From a cyanobacterium endosymbiont of Rhopalodia gibba (GTDB lineage Bacteria > Cyanobacteriota > Cyanobacteriia > Cyanobacteriales > Microcystaceae), in the NCBI GenBank assembly GCA_045159875.1, contig CP067995.1, positions 768,001-832,000 of the forward strand: a stretch of 64,000 nucleotides of DNA. The letters run 5' to 3'. Position 1 is the stretch's first letter, and each line of letters begins with the position of its first letter. The notes under the pieces are model-generated. The model searched no databases. It saw only the letters and a list, made by a program, of their open reading frames with translations, and was not told the origin of the DNA. Made by a program: the position numbers and the translations under genes. Positions 59,888-64,000 of the stretch are shown one piece after another.

Positions 59888-60735
59888 GGTCAATTTTTAA
59901 AGAATTAGAACGATTGTAAAAATTTGCAAAAAGTAAAAAAAAGTAACTTAGAAAGAAAAAAGATAATTTATCTTAAATGTATCTAGAAAAAATATCAGAT
60001 CATTATTTGTGATAGTTCAAGATTAATTAAACCTTTAAAAAAAAGGGAAGAAAATCTCAACTAGATACAGGACTAATTCATATCTGTTTTGTGACTGTAA
60101 CTAAAAATTAAGAAATAAGTATAAAAAATCATTTAATTTATAAAGATAAAGAAGTTATTTTTTTGGGGGGCAAGAATATAAATGAAGGACAGAAATACTG
60201 TTAGAATAAAGAATGTAGATACAATAATTATTTTTGATAATCACTCAGTGCATATGAGTGCTTGAGTTCAAGCCCAACTGAGACAATAGAAAGAGAAAAG
60301 GTTATATTTATAATTTTTACTAACTTCTAGTCAACAAGAAGTTTACTAGCAGGAAGACGGCACAAATAAAAGTTCATTAACTCACCGAAAATATACATAA
60401 CTAAGCTAGTTATATAAAGTCCTCCTTAAGAAGGTTACTCTAAACAATATCAACCAAATTAATATAGATCAAACTCTAATTATTTCAGTCTAAAACTAGA
60501 AAATAATTCACTTTTTCAAAGTTTACTTAAAGCTGTTTACTTAGCATCAGTATAATGTAGGTAACAATTTAAAGATAAGACTGCCTTGAGTTATCTCTCA
60601 TCAAAATTTTAAGAAATAATCATAGGATCTTGGGTTAGGATCGTATGGTAAGGGATTACTCTTACTCGTACATCATCGCCCATTAGTTATCTACCCTTAG
60701 GTTGAACTAATGGTCGCACCTATAGGCAATTTTCC

Positions 60736-61194
60736 ATGAGTCATAAGCACACCTCACACCCATTACCTGCTCCTTGTATTATTGACGTTGGTGTTATCAT
60801 CAACAACGAAGATATGCGACGGGTTCTCAATGATTTAATTCGTGTTCATTATATTCATACTCTTGATGAAGAAGTACAGAGTGAAGGGGATGGATGGGTT
60901 GTTGAAGTTTTTAGCCATCCTCAGCAGGGCACTATTATTGCTAATCACTCTCTCTATCTTAATGTTCAAAGCTTCGACTATTTACAATTACACCGTTTAC
61001 CTACTCAGAAAACTTACTTTGATCTAATGCAAGATCATCGTTGTCTAAGATTAATTCCCATTACTCACTCTTCTAAAACCCTAGAATTGGATTCCAATCT
61101 GGATGTTGCTACCCTCGAAGCCATGGTTACTCAAGTTTTGGCTGCTAAATGGGATGTTCAGTTGGACAACAAAGATGATGATTGTCCTTTTTGA
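60736..61194 (+). CDS. conserved cyanobacterial hypothetical protein
   Basis: 152 aa intact ORF (LPAPCIIDVG, SLYLNVQSFDYL, QVLAAKWDVQLD), convergent with nadB. Confidence 0.75.
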   Translation: MSHKHTSHPLPAPCIIDVGVIINNEDMRRVLNDLIRVHYIHTLDEEVQSEGDGWVVEVFSHPQQGTIIANHSLYLNVQSFDYLQLHRLPTQKTYFDLMQDHRCLRLIPITHSSKTLELDSNLDVATLEAMVTQVLAAKWDVQLDNKDDDCPF

Positions 61195-61199
61195 AACAA

Positions 61200-62888
61200 T
61201 TACACCGATTCAACTTCATTAGTTCTAGATTGGTGACTGCAGATTAGGGTGTGCACCTGCCATTGAAGAGAGGATTTAGGATAATCAATCCGATAATGTC
61301 CTCCACGACTTTCTGTTCGAAACAAAGCACTTGTCAAGATTAAGTAGGCAATATCTAGTAAATTCAAGGTCTCCGCACAAGTTCGTAGATGAGTGTGTGC
61401 TGTAGGAGAGTCAAAAACTATTTGCTGGCCAGGCTCTAAGTTTAGCACATATTGGCTACTTTCGATATGCGTTAATTGTTCTCGCCAGTCTTTAACTTGA
61501 TTTAAAGCCGTTTCTAATAGACTTTGCTCTCGACAAATTCCCGCACTTTTCCAGAGTAAAATCGGCAAATTTTGATTAATATTCTTAATTAACTCTATTT
61601 CTGTGGTCCATTCTCCCTTTTTCCTTACAACTGAAATTTTGTCTAGACTAATTGTCGGTGGTGAACTTACTTCAATTTTGGACAACTGAGCTGCAAACAC
61701 CAGGCACTCTAGCAAAGAATTACTAGCTAAACGATTGGCTCCATGAACCCCTGTACTAGCAGTTTCTCCAATAGCATAGAGTCCCTTAATAGAAGTCTCG
61801 TTCTTAAGATTTACGCAAATGCCCCCCATCCAGTAATGGGCAGCTGGAGCGACAGGAATTGGCTCTTTAAATACATCTACCCCCCAATTTCGACATACTT
61901 GAATAATATTGGGAAAACGGCGGCGAATTCGTTCAGATTCAATAGGACGTAAATCAAGATAGACATAGCCGTGGGCAGGATCTACTGCAGTCTTTTGCAA
62001 GTGGCTAAAAATAGCACGACTAACTACATCTCTAGGAGCTAACTCTCCATTTGGATGATAATCAAAAGTAAAGCGTCGCCCTTGGTGATCGATTAAGTGT
62101 GCTCCTTCTCCCCGCACTGCTTCACTAATAAGAAAATGAGGAGCATTATGTTTAATTAAAGCTGTTGGATGAAACTGAAAAAACTCTAGGTCCTTTAGGA
62201 CTGCTCCTCCTCGCCAAGCTAAAGCTACACCATCTCCTGTACTAACAGTAGGATTAGTCGTTTGAGCATAAACTCGACCGCCTCCACCGGTGGCCAAAAT
62301 TACTGCAGATGAACGAACCCAATGAATTTGTCTTTGATATAGAACACTGACCCCTAGACATTCTTTTTGCACAGAATTAAGCCACAATTTTAAAGCAACT
62401 GCTTGAGGAATAATTGTAATATTGGGGCGTTCTAACACCTTTTCTGTGAGAGTACTAATAATTGCCCGTCCTGTAGTATCTGCTGCATGAAGCACACGAG
62501 GATGAGAATGGGCAGCTTCTAGAGTCATGGCCAATTGGCTATTTTTTCGGTCAAATGCTACTCCCATTTTCACTAAAGAATCAATCGCCCTAGGGGCTTC
62601 CTTGACAAGGAATTCGACAGCACCATAATCACACAATTGAACACCCGCTTTGAGGGTATCTTCTAGATGACACTGTGGAGAATCGTTAGGAGCGATCGCT
62701 GCTGCAATTCCCCCCTGCGCCCAATCACTAGCTCCTGTTTTTAAAGTATCTTTGGTAATTAATCCAACTCGATACTTTGGGGGCAAACACAAGGCACCAT
62801 ACAGTCCGGCTGCCCCTGAACCTACTACTAAAATATCAAACGTGGTTGTCAGAGGGTCAAAAGAAGCAAAATTAGCTGATGATATCAA
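61200..62888 (-). CDS. nadB: L-aspartate oxidase
   Basis: VVGSGAAG, AQGGIAA, QFHPT, LISEAVRGEG, GVHGANRLASNSLLE, ESRGGH. Confidence 0.97.
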   Translation of the reverse strand: MISSANFASFDPLTTTFDILVVGSGAAGLYGALCLPPKYRVGLITKDTLKTGASDWAQGGIAAAIAPNDSPQCHLEDTLKAGVQLCDYGAVEFLVKEAPRAIDSLVKMGVAFDRKNSQLAMTLEAAHSHPRVLHAADTTGRAIISTLTEKVLERPNITIIPQAVALKLWLNSVQKECLGVSVLYQRQIHWVRSSAVILATGGGGRVYAQTTNPTVSTGDGVALAWRGGAVLKDLEFFQFHPTALIKHNAPHFLISEAVRGEGAHLIDHQGRRFTFDYHPNGELAPRDVVSRAIFSHLQKTAVDPAHGYVYLDLRPIESERIRRRFPNIIQVCRNWGVDVFKEPIPVAPAAHYWMGGICVNLKNETSIKGLYAIGETASTGVHGANRLASNSLLECLVFAAQLSKIEVSSPPTISLDKISVVRKKGEWTTEIELIKNINQNLPILLWKSAGICREQSLLETALNQVKDWREQLTHIESSQYVLNLEPGQQIVFDSPTAHTHLRTCAETLNLLDIAYLILTSALFRTESRGGHYRIDYPKSSLQWQVHTLICSHQSRTNEVESV

Positions 62889-63039
62889 AGTAATAAAAAT
62901 GGTTGTCTATAAATTTTTTTTATTTTAACTTTTTTGTCCTAGCCACAGCCTTCTATCATTTTAGTTCGTTAATTAAATAACTCAAAAAAATACTCGATTA
63001 AGAGTAAATTCGCGAAAAAATGATTTTTTAAAGTAGAGT

Positions 63040-63394
63040 TCAGTGAATAACTGGGTTTAAACGCTCATCTTCTTTGGTGAGTTCACTAGCCGGAAGATTT
63101 ACTAATACATTTGGACGTTTTCCTAGTTTTTACTGAGTTCAGAGATTTCTAAAATATATTCTACCTCTAGAATAAGGAAAGTTAACAATAATATTATTGC
63201 TTAGGTCAGGATAGAAGTCACTTAATTCCCAAAACTAACGAATATTGCTATTGTTTAAATTAAACTTTTGAGCATATGGAGTTAAGTTTGTATCTACTAG
63301 GTTGAGAGTAGGTGTAGCTAATACCTGTTTCACAAATACCTAAACAACTAATTGTTACAACTAAGACAGCGATAATACAAACTAAGGTTTTTAT
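63040..63394 (-). pseudogene. psbU: photosystem II extrinsic protein PsbU pseudogene
   Basis: Start eroded to ATA after a GAGAGG RBS; KTLVCIIAVLVV, YAQKFNLNNSNIR*FWELSDFYPDLSNNII, VEYILEISELS, ELTKEDERLNPVIH* match PsbU (KIDLNNxDIRxFxxLRGFYPxLAxKII...DDRINPGVY); directly upstream of nadB, the usual psbU position. Confidence 0.88.
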
Positions 63395-64000
63395 TAATTT
63401 AATTCCTCTCAAAAAAAACTCAGATAATTTACCTTCTTGAAAGATCAGTAAGAAATTTTGTTCATCAATAAAGGCAGATTAAGATGAGTTCGATTTATAT
63501 CATGCAAGAAGTAAATCTGATAGCTTCAAATTCTTGTCAGATTAGGGATGTAAAGGACAACACCCCCTAACTGCTATGAATTCTAAGTCCGTAATAATTC
63601 AAGAAAAAGTTAAAAGTAGTCTTAAGCTATTTTTTCCTCTATGAGACTGTAGTTTTATCTATTGTTATTATCTTAGAGTAGAGTGGTTTTTAAGACTGAT
63701 CAATTTCGCTTCTATTCCGCAATAACTCTATTTTAAATCAGCCTGTTTTTACTTTTTTTCCTATTTAAAGGTAATTTTCTCAAGGAATTATAAATTCTGA
63801 TCGATGCTAGATTCGTTGACTTATATTAGTTATACTCCTCCCGACGCCGACTTAAGTATACAGTGCGAACTTCTCTGGACTAAGATAAAAACCTAATCTA
63901 ATTCAAGATTAAGATGTAAGAGGGTTAATTTTATAAACGGTAGTGGATTACTCTGTTGGTAAATTGAAAAACAGAAAACCGTTTCGATTAAATTTTAGGA

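Noticed and set aside
63430..63900. Probable relic upstream of psbU (NUDIX-like by position)
   Set aside because: Too degraded to support a call

Overview
About 64 kb of a strongly AT-rich, gene-poor cyanobacterial chromosome. By my summation, intact CDSs cover only about 32 kb (~51%); the rest is eroded pseudogenes and spacers. Intact genes encode housekeeping functions (groES-groEL with K-box and CIRCE, rplU-rpmA, ndk, ppa, secG, gpmI, ruvA, ftsI, tRNA-Arg), biosynthesis (lysC, aroA, ilvD, pdxA, coaX, cobS, nadB) and respiratory electron transport (petB, petM, ndhM, ctaCDE). By manual translation I recognise ruined photosynthesis genes (psbU next to nadB; carboxysome ccmP) and ruined ion/osmotic/efflux transporters (CPA2 antiporter, AcrB-type RND pump, K+ channel, MscS fragments). 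This best fits a non-photosynthetic cyanobacterial endosymbiont in mid genome reduction, such as the spheroid body of rhopalodiacean diatoms (inference; no database search was possible). The most unusual signal is mutational, not genic. More than a dozen mutually unrelated perfect inverted repeats (arms 14-26 bp) occur in otherwise decayed DNA, including one inside a pseudogene and one extending the groESL CIRCE. HIP1 sites also appear to erode directionally to GTGATCGC/GCGATCAC. No CRISPR array, prophage, intact transposase or defence system was seen. Pseudogene identities rest on recalled family motifs, and their boundaries are approximate.
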